Assembly: GCA_963845565.1 (NCBI GenBank)
Contig: CAWJSJ010000002.1
Span: forward strand, 928,001-992,000
From: an uncultured Methylomirabilota bacterium
GTDB taxonomy: Bacteria; Methylomirabilota; Methylomirabilia; Methylomirabilales; 2-02-FULL-66-22
Direction: 5' to 3'
Length of the DNA: 64,000 nt
Shown here: positions 9,378-20,591 of the stretch, piece after piece
Layout: each line of letters begins with the position of its first letter
How positions within the stretch are numbered: position 1 is the first letter of the stretch
The notes under the pieces: model-generated
Database searches by the model: none
What the model saw: the letters and a program-made list of their open reading frames with translations, nothing else
Told to the model about the DNA's origin: nothing
Program-made: the position numbers and the translations under genes

Positions 9378-10388
9378 ATGACAGGACGACGGTTGTATGG
9401 CGTTGTGGTCCTCTTCGCGGTCATTCTGGTGGCCGCGGCGCCCGTCTTGGCCGCGGACTGGAAACCCACCAAGCCGATTCGGATCATCGTTCCGTGGGGG
9501 GCTGGCGGGTCCACCGACCAGGCCATCCGGGCCGTCACGGGGGACCTGGAGCAGGCCTTGGGGCAGAGCGTGGTAGTGGTGAACCAGCCGGGCGGCGGCG
9601 GGGCCATCGGCACCAAAGGCGCCCTGGACGCCCCGTGCGACGGGTATACCTGGGCCTCCGGAGCAGTCAAGGATCTGGGGACGTACATCATCACCGGCAC
9701 GCTGAATACCAAGGTGCAGGACTGGCACATTTACCTGAACACGGCCAATGCCACCGTGGTCTCGGTGACGCCGAATTACCCCCTCAAGGACTTCGCCGAG
9801 TTCCTGGAGATGATGAAGAAGAATCCCAAGGCGCTGTCCGTGGCCATCGCCGGTATCCCGTCGGCGGGCCACACCGCCATCGAGGCCATCAAGCTGGCAA
9901 ACGGCGGTGACTACAAGCCGGTGAGCTACGACGGGGGCAACCCCGCCGTGATCTCCACCGTGGCCGGCGAGACCATGGCCACCCCGCAGCTCCTGAGCGA
10001 GCAGATCGAGATGATCCGGGCCAAGAGGCTCCGCCCGTTGGCGGCGCTCACGCCCGAGGACCTTGAGATCGAGGGCTACGGGAAGGTGCCGTCGATCCGC
10101 AAGTGGCTGCCCAAGGTGGCGGCGGATCCGATCTACTTCGGCATCTGGATTCCCAAGTGCGCCCCCAAGGAGGTCGTGGAGACGATGAACAAGGTCTGGA
10201 AGGAGAAGGTGGCGACTTCCAAGGCGCTCAAGAGCTTCGCCACCCTGCGCGGCCAGATCGTGAGCCCCTACTACGGCGAGGACGCCGTGAAGCGCTCCAT
10301 GCCCACGATCGTGAACGCGGCGTGGGCCCTCCAGGACGGCGGCAGGGCCAAGGTGAATCCCGCCTCGGTCGGAATGCCGAAGCCTTAA
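9378..10388 (+). CDS. tctC: Tripartite tricarboxylate transporter substrate-binding protein
   Basis: Signal peptide, [28 protein letters not shown]. Confidence 0.92.
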   Translation: MTGRRLYGVVVLFAVILVAAAPVLAADWKPTKPIRIIVPWGAGGSTDQAIRAVTGDLEQALGQSVVVVNQPGGGGAIGTKGALDAPCDGYTWASGAVKDLGTYIITGTLNTKVQDWHIYLNTANATVVSVTPNYPLKDFAEFLEMMKKNPKALSVAIAGIPSAGHTAIEAIKLANGGDYKPVSYDGGNPAVISTVAGETMATPQLLSEQIEMIRAKRLRPLAALTPEDLEIEGYGKVPSIRKWLPKVAADPIYFGIWIPKCAPKEVVETMNKVWKEKVATSKALKSFATLRGQIVSPYYGEDAVKRSMPTIVNAAWALQDGGRAKVNPASVGMPKP

Positions 10389-10469
10389 CGAACCAACCGG
10401 GGGCGGGTCCGGTTCGCGGATCCGCCCCCTTGTGTCCTCTGGCCGTCAGAGGATGGCCCGAGTGCATCC

Positions 10470-10970
10470 ATGGTCAGAGCCGATTTCGTCACCGGGATCG
10501 CCCTCATCCTGGGTAGTCTTTACGTCATCTTCGAGTCGTGGCGGATGCCCCGCATGGAGCACCTGGGGGCCCACCCGTTGAGCGTCCCCGGCGTCGTGCC
10601 GGTGTTCCTCGCCGTGGTCCTGATCGTCTCCGGCGGGGTCCTGGTGATGCGCTCTGTCCGGGCGGGAGGCCACCGGCTCGGGCTGTCCATCGCCAAGGCG
10701 AGGGAGGTCCTGGCCGAACCCGGAAACCAGCGTCTTCTGATCACCCTGGTGCTGACCATTGCGTATGCCGGCTTCCTGATCGGCCGCATCCCCTACCAGC
10801 TGGCCACCGGCTTCTTCATCTTTGCCTTTATCGTCCTCTTCGAGTGGGAGTCGGGCCTCACGCCGGCGCGGTATGCCAGGCTGTTAGGGGTCGCAGCACT
10901 CCTGTCCGTGGTGATCACCGGCTTCGTGAGCTGGGCCTTCGAGCGTCTCTTCCTGGTGACGCTGCCGTGA
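10470..10970 (+). CDS. tctB: Tripartite tricarboxylate transporter small membrane subunit
   Basis: Several TM helices, ends F...FLVTLP; between tctC and tctA. Confidence 0.88.
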   Translation: MVRADFVTGIALILGSLYVIFESWRMPRMEHLGAHPLSVPGVVPVFLAVVLIVSGGVLVMRSVRAGGHRLGLSIAKAREVLAEPGNQRLLITLVLTIAYAGFLIGRIPYQLATGFFIFAFIVLFEWESGLTPARYARLLGVAALLSVVITGFVSWAFERLFLVTLP

Positions 10971-10980
10971 GGGCCCGGCG

Positions 10981-12525
10981 ATGACCGCCATTCTCTTCGA
11001 CAATCTCGGGCAGTTCCTCTCCGCCATCGGCGGCTTCCTCACGCCGCTGGCCCTTTTCCACATGGCGTGGTCCACCCTTTTGGGGATCGTGGTCGGGGCT
11101 CTGCCCGGCCTCACGGCGACCATGGGGGTGGCCCTGGTGACGACGCTCACCTACAAGCTGGAGGCCGACCTCGCGATTCTGATCCTGATGTGCGTCTATG
11201 TCGGGGCCATCTACGGGGGGAGCCGCACGGCGATCCTGATCAACATCCCGGGAACGCCGGCCAACGCCGCCACCACCCTGGATGGTTTCCCGCTGGCCAA
11301 GCAAGGCCTGGCAGGCCGCGCCATGGGGGTGGCCACCTCGGGCTCGGTGCTCGGCAGCGTCATCGGCATGTTCTTCCTGGCAACGCTGGCCCCGCTCCTC
11401 GGAAATTATGCCTTGAAATTCCAGTCCTACGAGTTCTTCTGGCTGGCTATCTTCGGCATCGTGATCTCGGGCCACCTCACCGCCCTACAGGATCCCATCA
11501 AGGGCTGGATCGCCGGCTTCATCGGCCTGATGACCGCGATGGTGGGGCAGGAGGGGATACACGCTTACGAACGGTTCACGTACGGCACAACGGAGTTGAT
11601 GGGCGGCTTCGCCCTCATCCCCGCCATGGTGGGGGCCTTCGGTTTCGCCGAGGTGCTCACGGTGATGCGGGACCCGGCGGCCGAGATGGCCGACAATCCG
11701 CAGGACAGCGTCATCCCGAAGTGGGAAGACATCGTCAAGTACTGGCGGACGATCGTCCGGAGCGGTCTGATCGGGACGGTCATCGGGATCATCCCGGGTG
11801 TCGGGGAGGACATCGGGGCCTGGGTCTCCTACGCCGCCGCCCGCCGCAAGAGCAAGGAGCGGGAGAAGTTCGGCAAGGGCTCGATCGAGGGCCTGATGGC
11901 GGCCGAGACCGGCAACAACGCGGTGGTCCCGGGGGCTATCATCCCTGTCCTTACCCTGGCGATCCCCGGCTCGGCGCCGGCGGCGGTGCTCCTGGCGGCC
12001 ATGTTCATCCACGGGGTACGGCCCGGCCCGATGATCATGGTGGAGTCCCCGCAGTTCGTCTACCAGGTCGTGGCGATGGTCTTCTTCGCCACGCTGGCGA
12101 TGGGCGTCTTCGGGATCCTGCTGACCAAGCCGCTCCTCACGGTGCTGGCCATCCCCCGGACGAAGCTCATGCCGGTGGTCTTCGTCCTCTGCGCCATCGG
12201 CTCCTACGCCATCACCAGCCGGGTCTTCGACATCTGGGTGATGATCGGCTTCGGCCTGCTGGGATTCATCCTGCGAGAGATGAAATACCCCATGGCTCCC
12301 CTGGTTCTCGGGATCATCCTGGGGGATCTCCTGGACAAGAACCTGCGCCGGGGCCTGGTCCTCACCGACGGGGACCTCACGCCGTTCTTCACCCGGCCGA
12401 TCTGCCTGGTGCTATGGTTGATCACGGCGACCTCTATCCTGCTTACCATCGAGCCCGTGCGGCATGCCATGCAGCGCGCTTGGCAAACGGTCTGGCGGCA
12501 GAAGCGGAAGAGAAAAGGATCCTGA
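10981..12525 (+). CDS. tctA: Tripartite tricarboxylate transporter permease
   Basis: GALPGLTATM, GAIYGGS..AILINIPGTP, AAETGNNA, PVLTLAIPGS. Confidence 0.95.
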   Translation: MTAILFDNLGQFLSAIGGFLTPLALFHMAWSTLLGIVVGALPGLTATMGVALVTTLTYKLEADLAILILMCVYVGAIYGGSRTAILINIPGTPANAATTLDGFPLAKQGLAGRAMGVATSGSVLGSVIGMFFLATLAPLLGNYALKFQSYEFFWLAIFGIVISGHLTALQDPIKGWIAGFIGLMTAMVGQEGIHAYERFTYGTTELMGGFALIPAMVGAFGFAEVLTVMRDPAAEMADNPQDSVIPKWEDIVKYWRTIVRSGLIGTVIGIIPGVGEDIGAWVSYAAARRKSKEREKFGKGSIEGLMAAETGNNAVVPGAIIPVLTLAIPGSAPAAVLLAAMFIHGVRPGPMIMVESPQFVYQVVAMVFFATLAMGVFGILLTKPLLTVLAIPRTKLMPVVFVLCAIGSYAITSRVFDIWVMIGFGLLGFILREMKYPMAPLVLGIILGDLLDKNLRRGLVLTDGDLTPFFTRPICLVLWLITATSILLTIEPVRHAMQRAWQTVWRQKRKRKGS

Positions 12526-12583
12526 CCGGCGAGTCAACGCCGTGTGCCTCACATTTCTCGGAACTCCTCAAGGAGGAAAAACG

Positions 12584-13597
12584 ATGAACAGCCGACGCTG
12601 GACGGCAACGTTGCTCGTGCTGGTCGCCCTACTCGCTGGGGTGGTGACTGCGGCGGCCGGGGAATGGAAGCCCACCAAACCCATCACGGTCATCGTGCCC
12701 TGGCCGGCCGGCGGGGCGACCGACCTCACCGTGCGGATCCTGGCGAGCGAGATGGAGAAGGTCCTGGGCCAGCGCCTCTCAGTCGTCAATACGCCGGGCG
12801 CGTCTGGCGCGATTGGGATGCAGAACGCCTATGATGCCGCCAAGGACGGTTACACGTGGACCGGCAACGCGGACGTCTCCATCGTGAACTATCCGGTGTT
12901 GGATCTGATGAAGATCACGCACCGCGACTGGATTCACTGGTACGCCCTGATGACCCCCAACATCATATCCACCACCGCCGACTACCCGGCGAAGGACGTC
13001 GCCGACCTGGTGAGAATCATGAAGGAGAAGCCCGGGCAGGTGGCGGTCGCCTCGGCGGGCGTCGGCTCGTCCGGACACTTGGCCCTTGAGGTCTTCAAGA
13101 GCGCCACGGGGGCGGCACCTCGGCACGTTCCCTATGCAGGGGGAAACCCGGCGGTCATCGCTACCATCTCGGGCGAGAGCAGCGTGGTCATGCAGCTCTC
13201 CATGGAACAGGCCGACATGATCCGCGCGAAGAAGTTGAAGCCCTTGGCGAATACCAGCAACCGCCCCCTGACGATCTCGGGCTACGGCGAGGTGCCGCCC
13301 ATTACCGCGGCGTTCCCGAACTTCCCGTCGACCGGGTCCCACTTCGGGATCATGGTGGCCAAGGGGACGCCTCCGAACGCGGTGGCGGCGATCAGTAAGG
13401 CCTTCGACGTCGCGGCGAAGTCGGAAGCCCTGAAGAAGTTCGCGGACGAGAAGGCGGTCTTCCTGGTGAACCTCAAGGAGGCTGAGGCCATGCAGATGCT
13501 CGAAGGGGCCGCCTCGGTCGTCACCTGGACCCTGTTCGACAACGGGGCGGCCAAGATCTCGCCCGCCCAGTTCAACATCGCCAAGCCGAAGCGGTAG
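12584..13597 (+). CDS. tctC: Tripartite tricarboxylate transporter substrate-binding protein (second copy)
   Basis: Signal peptide, VIVPWPAGGATD, NTPGASG, HVPYAGG. Confidence 0.92.
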   Translation: MNSRRWTATLLVLVALLAGVVTAAAGEWKPTKPITVIVPWPAGGATDLTVRILASEMEKVLGQRLSVVNTPGASGAIGMQNAYDAAKDGYTWTGNADVSIVNYPVLDLMKITHRDWIHWYALMTPNIISTTADYPAKDVADLVRIMKEKPGQVAVASAGVGSSGHLALEVFKSATGAAPRHVPYAGGNPAVIATISGESSVVMQLSMEQADMIRAKKLKPLANTSNRPLTISGYGEVPPITAAFPNFPSTGSHFGIMVAKGTPPNAVAAISKAFDVAAKSEALKKFADEKAVFLVNLKEAEAMQMLEGAASVVTWTLFDNGAAKISPAQFNIAKPKR

Positions 13598-13687
13598 CCT
13601 GCCGAGAAAGCGGGACATGGGGGCTGGCTCGGACCTGGACAGGTCGGAGCCAGCCCGCCCGTGCCGCGCGGGAGTATCCGACGAACT

Positions 13688-14167
13688 ATGAATGACGATT
13701 TCCGCCGTCAAGACTTCTACACGGGGCTCATCCTCTGTGTTGTCAGTCTCGGGGTTGTCGCGGAGTGCTGGCGGATGCCCCGCGATCTCCAGGGCTGGCC
13801 TGGGTATGCGAGTCCCGGGGTGGTCACCGGGATTCTCGGCCTGGGGCTTTTGGGCATGGGCCTCGCGCTCACGCTGCGCTCCGTCCGGCGGGCCGGGGTT
13901 CCGTTCGAGATCACGGGCGCGGACGTCCGGGCGTACCTCGCGGACGTCGGGACCCGACGGCTTGGGCTGATGCTTGGCCTCAGTGTCCTCTACTGCCTCA
14001 TGCTGGGTCGAGGTCTTCCTTATTGGCTGACCACCGGGGGGTATCTGCTGGCGGTCATGTTCGTATTCCGGGCGGGACCGTGGTGGCAGATCCTCCTCAT
14101 CTCAACGGGCGCCACTGCGACCGTGGCCTACGTGTTCAACCGCATCTTCGCCATCCCGCTGCCGTGA
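13688..14167 (+). CDS. tctB: TctB family small membrane subunit (second copy)
   Basis: Hydrophobic, ends FNRIFAIPLP. Confidence 0.88.
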   Translation: MNDDFRRQDFYTGLILCVVSLGVVAECWRMPRDLQGWPGYASPGVVTGILGLGLLGMGLALTLRSVRRAGVPFEITGADVRAYLADVGTRRLGLMLGLSVLYCLMLGRGLPYWLTTGGYLLAVMFVFRAGPWWQILLISTGATATVAYVFNRIFAIPLP

Positions 14168-14174
14168 GGCTTCG

Positions 14175-15698
14175 ATGGTCCTAGGTCCTTGGCATATTCT
14201 CGTCGAGCTGTGGACGCTCCTCACTCCGTTGACCCTGGCGTACGTCACTGCCAGCACGTTCATCGGCATCGTAATCGGGATGCTTCCCGGACTCACCGCC
14301 ACGATGGGCGTGGCCCTGCTGACCGGCCTCACCTTCGGCTTCCCGCCCAAAGACGCCATCCTCATCCTCATCTGCGTATACGTGGGCGCCATCTACGGGG
14401 GGAGCCGATCGGCCATCCTGCTGAATATCCCGGGGACGCCGGCCAACGCTGCCACCTGCCTCGACGGCTTCCCGATGGCCCGGCGAGGCGAGGCGGGTCC
14501 GGCCATCGGCCTGGCCACGACGTCTTCCTTTCTGGGGACCGTCTTCGGACTCTTTTGCTTGGCTTTCTTCACGCCGCTCCTCGGGAAGATCGCCCTCCAG
14601 TTTCAGTCGTGGGAGTTCTTCTGGCTGGCCATCTTCGGCATCATCGTCTGCGGAAACCTCACCGCACCCACCGATCCCCTGAAGGGCTGGATCGCCGGCT
14701 TCGTGGGGCTGCTGGTCTCTCAGGTGGGTCAGGAAGGCATTGCGGCGTACCCGCGGTTCTCATTCGGCTTCGACCAGATGCGGGGCGGCTTCGCCTTGAT
14801 CCCGGTACTGGTCGGGGTCTACGGCATCGCCGAGGTCTTGGGCGTCATGCGCGAAACCGTGGTCCCGCGGGTGACGACTCAGATCCAGAAAGTCCTGCCG
14901 CGGTGGCGGGATCTTTGGCTCTATCGCCGGACCATCCTCCGTTCCGGGATCATCGGCGTCATCATTGGGGCCATCCCCGGCGTGGGCGAGGACGTCGCCG
15001 CCTGGGTCTCCTACGACTTCGCCAAGCGGGGCAGCAAGAAGCCGGAGGAGTTCGGCAAAGGGTCGCGCGAGGGTTTGATAGCGGCCGAGACGGGAAACAA
15101 CGCCTGCATCGGCGGGGCCGTTATCCCGGTACTTTCTCTCGCCGTTCCGGGGAGCGCGCCCGCCGCGGTGCTGCTCGGCGCCATGTGGCTGCACGGGGTT
15201 CGGCCCGGCCCGCTCCTCATGATCGAGTTCCCGAACTACATCTGGGAAGTCACGGCAATGTTCATCCTGGCCTCCCTGGCCATGTTGGTGCTGGGACTCT
15301 CGTTGGTGCGGGTCTTGGTCAAAGTCCTCATGGTCCCTCGTCCCATCCTCATGCCTATCGTCTTTGTCCTGTGCGTCATCGGGTCCTTCGCGATCAGCGT
15401 TCGGGTCTTCGACATCTGGGTGATGCTGGCTTTCGGCTTCCTCGGGTATCCCATGCGGAAGTACAACTATCCGGCCGCGCCGATGGTCCTCGGCGTCATC
15501 CTGGGCGATATGGCGGATGTGAACTTCCGCCGCGCACTCATCCGGACTGCCGGCGATCCGACGCCGTTCTTCACGCGGCCCATCTCGCTCGTTCTGGTCG
15601 CGGTCACCCTGCTCGTCATTCTTTCACGCTCCGCGTGGTTTCGTCGCATCCTGGCAGCCGGATCGGCCCGGGCGAAGGCCGCGCTGGCGCGCGGCTAG
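14175..15698 (+). CDS. tctA: TctA family permease (second copy)
   Basis: GMLPGLTATM, NIPGTPANAA, AAETGNNA. Confidence 0.95.
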   Translation: MVLGPWHILVELWTLLTPLTLAYVTASTFIGIVIGMLPGLTATMGVALLTGLTFGFPPKDAILILICVYVGAIYGGSRSAILLNIPGTPANAATCLDGFPMARRGEAGPAIGLATTSSFLGTVFGLFCLAFFTPLLGKIALQFQSWEFFWLAIFGIIVCGNLTAPTDPLKGWIAGFVGLLVSQVGQEGIAAYPRFSFGFDQMRGGFALIPVLVGVYGIAEVLGVMRETVVPRVTTQIQKVLPRWRDLWLYRRTILRSGIIGVIIGAIPGVGEDVAAWVSYDFAKRGSKKPEEFGKGSREGLIAAETGNNACIGGAVIPVLSLAVPGSAPAAVLLGAMWLHGVRPGPLLMIEFPNYIWEVTAMFILASLAMLVLGLSLVRVLVKVLMVPRPILMPIVFVLCVIGSFAISVRVFDIWVMLAFGFLGYPMRKYNYPAAPMVLGVILGDMADVNFRRALIRTAGDPTPFFTRPISLVLVAVTLLVILSRSAWFRRILAAGSARAKAALARG

Positions 15699-15720
15699 CT
15701 GCGGGAGGGCGCAAAACCTC

Positions 15721-16887
15721 ATGGACAAGATTGGCATCGGCTTTATCGGAGCCCGCTTTGCCGCGGATCTGCATGCTCACGCGCTCAGTAAGATCCGAGG
15801 CGGCAAGTGCGAGATCGTCGCGGTCTGTTCCAAGACCAAGGAGAGCGCCGAGGCGTTTGCCAGGAAGTTCAACATTCCCCACGTATACGCCGATCATCGG
15901 GCCATGCTGGAGCGCAAGGACGTCCACCTCGTGACGCTGCCCGTGGTGACGAACCTTCACCACACGCTGGCCATCGACGCGGCCAACGCCGGCAAGCACC
16001 TTATTATGGAGAAGCCGCTCACCGGCTGCTTCGCCGAAGCGAACTCCATGTCCCGGCAGGCGATGTTTGCCGAAGCCATGAAGAACGCCGATGCGGTGGT
16101 CGAGGCGTGTCGCCGGAACAAAGTCCGTATGGGGTACGCCGAGAACTTCGTGTACGCGCCGCCGGTGGCGAAGCTGCGGCGGTTGATGGACGCCAGCGGG
16201 GGGACCCTACTCGACCTGCGCGCCGAGGAGAGCCACTCCGGCTCCCACGCCTCGTACTCGCGGCGCTGGCTGACCGCGGGCGGCGGCTCCATGCTGCGGA
16301 TGGGCTCCCATCCCATCGGGGCGGTGATCCACCTCAAGCACTACGAGGGAATGCAGAAGTCCGGGAAGCCGATCCGGGTGAAGTCCGTCCTGGCGGACGT
16401 GGCACAACTCAGCAAGCACCCCGCCGTTCAGGCCGCCCCAAAGAAATATCTCGTGACCGCCTGGGAAGACGTGGAGGACTGGTCGGCTGCGATCCTGACC
16501 TTCGAAGACGGAACCAAGGCCACGGTCTTCTCCACGGATGTGAGCCTGGGCGGGGTGAAGAACCTGCTGACCGCCTACCTCGACAACGCCGTGGTCCAGG
16601 TGAACATCAATCCCAACACCAGCCTCCAGGTGTATGCGCCGGACGGACAGATCTGGGGGGACGAGTACATCACGGAGAAGGTGGAGACGAAGGGCGGCTG
16701 GCAGTTCCCCAGTCCCGACGAGGACTGGATGCGGGGCTATCCCCAGGAGATGGAGGACTTCGTGGACGCCGTCCGCGAAGGCCGGGAGCCGCTGTCGGGC
16801 CTCCTCCTGGCCCACGAGACCGTCGAGGTCATCTACGCCGGCTACGTCTCGGCCCAGGAGGGCCGCCGGGTGGAGCTGACGCGGTAG
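15721..16887 (+). CDS. Gfo/Idh/MocA family oxidoreductase
   Basis: GFIGARFAA Rossmann fold, GKHLIMEKP. Confidence 0.92.
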   Translation: MDKIGIGFIGARFAADLHAHALSKIRGGKCEIVAVCSKTKESAEAFARKFNIPHVYADHRAMLERKDVHLVTLPVVTNLHHTLAIDAANAGKHLIMEKPLTGCFAEANSMSRQAMFAEAMKNADAVVEACRRNKVRMGYAENFVYAPPVAKLRRLMDASGGTLLDLRAEESHSGSHASYSRRWLTAGGGSMLRMGSHPIGAVIHLKHYEGMQKSGKPIRVKSVLADVAQLSKHPAVQAAPKKYLVTAWEDVEDWSAAILTFEDGTKATVFSTDVSLGGVKNLLTAYLDNAVVQVNINPNTSLQVYAPDGQIWGDEYITEKVETKGGWQFPSPDEDWMRGYPQEMEDFVDAVREGREPLSGLLLAHETVEVIYAGYVSAQEGRRVELTR

Positions 16888-16906
16888 GCGGCAAGGAGCG
16901 CCGGCG

Positions 16907-17746
16907 ATGCGATTCACGAAGATGCACGGGGCGGGGAACGACTACGTCTACGTGAACGGCTTCGAGGAGCGGGTGGAGCACCCCGAGCGGGTGGCCAGGC
17001 AGGTCTCCAGCCGGCACTTCGGCATCGGTTCGGACGGCCTGATCCTGATCCTGCCGTCGGAGAAGGCCGACGTGCGGATGCGAATGTGGAACGCGGACGG
17101 CTCCGAGGCGGAGATGTGCGGGAACGGCATCCGCTGCGTGGCCAAGTATGCCTACGATCACGGCATCGCCCGGAGGCCGACCATCACCGCCGAGACCGGC
17201 GCCGGCATCCTGACCCTGCAGCTCTTCACGGGGGCGGACGGCGCGGTCGAGCGGGTGCGGGTCGACATGGGACGGCCGCGTCTGACCCGGGCCGAGATCC
17301 CCATGCTGGGCGACCCCCAGGACGGGCGGGCCATCGACCAGCCGCTCGATGCGCAGCAAACGGTATTCAACGTCACCTGTGTCTCCATGGGGAACCCTCA
17401 CTGCGTCATCTTCGTGGACGACGTGGGGACTTTCCAGGTGGGGGAATACGGTCCCCCCATCGAACATCACCGCATCTTCCCCCGCCGCACCAACGTGGAG
17501 TTCGTGCAGGTCATCTCCAAGACCGAGGTGCGCCAGCGCACCTGGGAGCGGGGCAGCGGCGAGACCCTGGCCTGCGGCACCGGGGCCGGTGCCGTGTGTG
17601 TCGCCGGCGTGCTGACCGGACGGACCGAGCGGCGGATCATCAACCATCTCTCCGGCGGCGATCTGGAACTGGAATGGGCGGACGACGGCCGGCTCTACAT
17701 GACCGGGCCCGCCGTGGAAGTCTTCTCCGGCTCGATCGAGGTGTAA
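16907..17746 (+). CDS. dapF: Diaminopimelate epimerase
   Basis: [43 protein letters not shown]. Confidence 0.97.
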   Translation: MRFTKMHGAGNDYVYVNGFEERVEHPERVARQVSSRHFGIGSDGLILILPSEKADVRMRMWNADGSEAEMCGNGIRCVAKYAYDHGIARRPTITAETGAGILTLQLFTGADGAVERVRVDMGRPRLTRAEIPMLGDPQDGRAIDQPLDAQQTVFNVTCVSMGNPHCVIFVDDVGTFQVGEYGPPIEHHRIFPRRTNVEFVQVISKTEVRQRTWERGSGETLACGTGAGAVCVAGVLTGRTERRIINHLSGGDLELEWADDGRLYMTGPAVEVFSGSIEV

Positions 17747-17965
17747 CCGCCAAGAAGACCAACGCATCCGCCGCGCGGGCGTCCGTGCGGCACCTTGACA
17801 GCCCCTACCGCATCTGATAGAAACCCGACAGCCGAGGTGACGATACCGCTTCGGTCTTTTCTGTAGCGGTCGGTGTCGACACTCGACAACACCCGAAGCC
17901 GACCCCGCGGTCCCAACCTCCGGCGATTGGTCACTCCCCGCGCACGCCCCGGAAAGGAGGACCCC

Positions 17966-18781
17966 ATGCGCGCCCGCGACGTCTTCGAGTACAACAAGCT
18001 CACCTGGCCGGAGATGAACGACGCCATCGAGATGCAGAAGGTGGTCATCCTGCCGACCGGCTCGACCGAGCAGCACGGGCCCCACATGCCCCTGGACGTG
18101 GACCTGTTCCTGGTCCGAGAGGTCTGCCACGAACTGGGCCGCCGCGCCCCCGACCAGGTGCTCGTCCTGCCGGCCATCCCGTGCGGGCTCAACCTGCATC
18201 ATATCGACTTCCCCGGGACCATCCATATCCAGCCGGATCACTTCATCAACTACTGCGTGGACGTGACCAAGAGCGTCGCCTATCACGGGTTCAAGCGGAT
18301 CGCGGTGGTGAACGGCCACGGGTCGAATGGCCCGATGGTGGATCTGGTGGCGCGGCGCACGGTCCTGGAGACGCCCTCCATCTGCTGCGCCTTCGGCTAC
18401 TTCGCCATGGGCAAAGCCGAGTACGAGCCGCTGCTGGAGAGCACGGTCCATGCCCACGCCGACGAGATGGAGACCTCCCTCTATCTGCATTTCGCCAAGG
18501 AGCGCGTGCAACTGGACAAGGCGGTCTTCGGGAACGATCATGTGGGACAGTACATGACCTCGGACTCCACCAAGGCCGTCCGCTTCAACGATTTCTGGGG
18601 CCGCTGGACGAGGACAGGGATTCACGGCGATCCCACCAAGGCGACGGCGGAGAAGGGGAAGCAGATCCTCGAGATCATCATGAAGCACATGCTGGCCTGG
18701 CTGGCGGAGTACCGGACCTGGCCGATCGAGGCACGGCAGGACCAGCATCGGCTTCCGGCTCAGAAGGGCATTCGCTGGTAG
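17966..18781 (+). CDS. Creatininase family amidohydrolase
   Basis: GSTEQHGPHMPLDVD, NGHGSN, HADEMETS, GIHGDP. Confidence 0.93.
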   Translation: MRARDVFEYNKLTWPEMNDAIEMQKVVILPTGSTEQHGPHMPLDVDLFLVREVCHELGRRAPDQVLVLPAIPCGLNLHHIDFPGTIHIQPDHFINYCVDVTKSVAYHGFKRIAVVNGHGSNGPMVDLVARRTVLETPSICCAFGYFAMGKAEYEPLLESTVHAHADEMETSLYLHFAKERVQLDKAVFGNDHVGQYMTSDSTKAVRFNDFWGRWTRTGIHGDPTKATAEKGKQILEIIMKHMLAWLAEYRTWPIEARQDQHRLPAQKGIRW

Positions 18782-18948
18782 TGAGGGCTCAGCTTTCAGC
18801 AGTCAGCGTTCAGCAAAAACAGGGAGCGGCGAGTTGAGACGCGCTGGGGGTTCCGTCGTGGACTGAATGCTGATTGCTGACTGCTAGCCGCTGACCGCTT
18901 GGGGACGCGACTGTGGAGAAACGACTTTCACACGAAGGAGGACCGACC

Positions 18949-20504
18949 ATGATACGCCGCGGAGGTATGGCATGGATCGCTCGGAAGCATCCTGGGCCTT
19001 CGCGCTCCTGCTCGGAGCGGCTGGTCCGGCGCCGGCGGGCACGGTCCTGAAGATCGCCGCCGACGGGGACATCTCCGACGTCGATCTCCACATGACGACC
19101 CATTACCTGAACCGGGTCGTCCTCCTCAACGTGTACGACATGCTGTTCGCCCTGGGCGAGGACATGGGTCCGCGGCCGTCGCTGGTGGACAAGTACACCG
19201 TCAGCCCGGACGGCCTGGTGTACACCCTGACGCTGCGCCGCGGCGTGAAGTTCCACAGCGGCAAGACGCTGGACGCCAAGGACGTGGTGTACTCCCTCAC
19301 CAAGATGCAGGCCAAGGGGCCGCGGTCCGGTCAGCTCAAGCGGCTCATCAAGTCCGTCGAGGCCTCCGATCCGCTGACCGTGAAGATCGCGCTCCACGAG
19401 GTGAACGCCGGGTTCGTCGCCACGCTGGCGAACCCCATCGCCCCGGCGGTCATCTACCCGGACGGCGAGGCCGAGCGGCAGGGGGGCACCATCACCAAGC
19501 CGGTGGGGACGGGTCCGTTCGAGTTCGTGGAGTGGAAGAAGGACAGCGTCATCCGGCTGAAGAAGTTCGCCGGCTACACGGTGGATGATCGGCCCACCTC
19601 CGGGTTCACGGGGAAGCGGCTGGCGCTGGTGGATCAGGTGGACTTCATCCCCATCCGGGACTCCTCGGTCCGCGCCGCGGCGCTGGAGCGGGGGGACGTG
19701 GACGTGGCCCTCTCCCTCACGCAGCAGGACGTGGAGCGGTACAAGGGGAAGCCGGGTCTCACCGTTGCCGCCAAGCCGGGGGTCGCGTTCGCCGATCTCC
19801 GCTTCGGGTTCAAGAAGGGGATCTTCATGAACAACCCGAAGCTCCGCCAGGCGGTCGGGTACGCCATCGACAAGGAGGAGATCGTCAAGGCGGTGACCTT
19901 CGGGCTGGGCAAGGCCGCGCCGGCCGGCATCCCGATCGGGACCCCGTACTTCGGGCCGGTGCACGGGAACGACCCCTATGGCAAACCGAATCCGGAAAAG
20001 GCCAAGCAGCTCATGAAAGAGGCCGGCTACAAGGGGGAAGAGATCATCCTGGATTCGCACCTGCAGCCCAGCGTCTATCCGGAAATCGCCGTGGTGCTCC
20101 AGGCGCAGTTCCAGGCCGTGGGGATGAACGTGCGAGTGCGCACGCTGGAGTCGGCGGCCCTGCAGACGACCTGGGACGGCGGGGAGTTCGCCTTCTTCCT
20201 CTCGGGCCTCAGCCCGCGCCCGGACGCCGAGATCTACTACTGCCAGTTCTGGGAAAGCACCAGCACCTCGACCGGGTACAAGAATGCCGAGTACGACCGG
20301 CTGTGCGGTGCCGCCCGGAAGACCATCAAGGACGACGATCGCAAGAAGGTCTTCACGGACCTCGAGACCCTGCTCCGCACCGACATGCCCTGGATGCCGC
20401 TCATCTACCTGGCGCAGGTCGAGGGCTGGCGCAGTAACGTCCAGGGGTGGCAGCACTGGTCGGCCGGGTACGCCCGGGCCTGGAACGTGACGGTCGGGAA
20501 GTAG
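18949..20504 (+). CDS. ABC transporter substrate-binding protein (family 5); probable indels in signal-peptide region
   Basis: LRRGVKFHSG, PVGTGPF; the RBS-linked ATG at 18949 is out of frame with the main ORF (18972-20504). Confidence 0.85.
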
Positions 20505-20591
20505 AGCGATCACGCGCAGCGCCGAACGGTGACGCCGGGGCCGAGGGCGTGATGTCCTCGGCCCCGGACTCGCCTTGCCCCGGGCATCCCC

